Shown here: one piece after another, positions 63,836 through 64,000 of the stretch | How positions within the stretch are numbered: the stretch's first letter is position 1 | How the letters are laid out: every line of letters begins with the position of its first letter | Source of the DNA: Raja brachyura | Lineage: Eukaryota | DNA: 64,000 nucleotides | Direction: 5' to 3' | NCBI GenBank assembly: GCA_963514005.1 | Contig: OY740799.1 | Span: forward strand, 48,298,001 to 48,362,000 | The notes under the pieces: model-generated | What the model was told of the DNA's origin: nothing | What the model saw: only the letters and a program-made list of their open reading frames with translations | Database searches by the model: none | Translations under genes and position numbers: made by a program

Positions 63836-64000
63836 ACAATGATTTGGATGAAGGGATCCTTTCTTTTTTTTTAAAGTATGTTTATTAGAACCAATGCATA
63901 TTGTCCGCAGTATAACAATTCTTCAAATACAGATTTAACTTGTTACAGAAATGATACAGATATTACGGAATAATTTATGCATGCTTCTGTTTTTTTTGGA

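Overview
Vertebrate genomic DNA, most likely a cartilaginous fish (skate or ray). This is inferred from the shark-type IgM tail, the GPR139-like gene and the CR1/Rex1/Penelope repeat content. Most of the window is nested transposon debris: CR1, L2, L1, Tx1, Vingi, Rex1/Babar, HERO, Penelope, Gypsy, DIRS, hAT and MULE. Host features are mostly missed by the ORF track. (1) The 5' end of a minus-strand coiled-coil gene, probably golgb1/giantin, with coding exons at 4241-4288 and 803-949 and a CpG-island promoter at about 22.0-22.5 kb. (2) An intact but orphan IgM 3' end (CH4 plus secretory tail, TM1, TM2) with no V/D/J or CH1-3 visible, lying head-to-head with that promoter. (3) An orphan, stop-containing last exon of USP5. 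(4) A 3'-half 5S rRNA pseudogene. (5) A two-exon GPR139-like receptor with a frameshift after TM7. The most striking non-coding item is a ~136-bp retroposon at 38685-38820 (minus strand). Its first 54 nt fold as a minimal HDV/CPEB3-type self-cleaving ribozyme and its tail resembles that of the Vingi LINE in the same window. Also notable are a 2.3-kb Gypsy element with near-identical LTRs encoding only a Gag-tip/integrase fusion, and a 39-bp hAT MITE. Gene and family names rest on recalled motif similarity; no database search was run.
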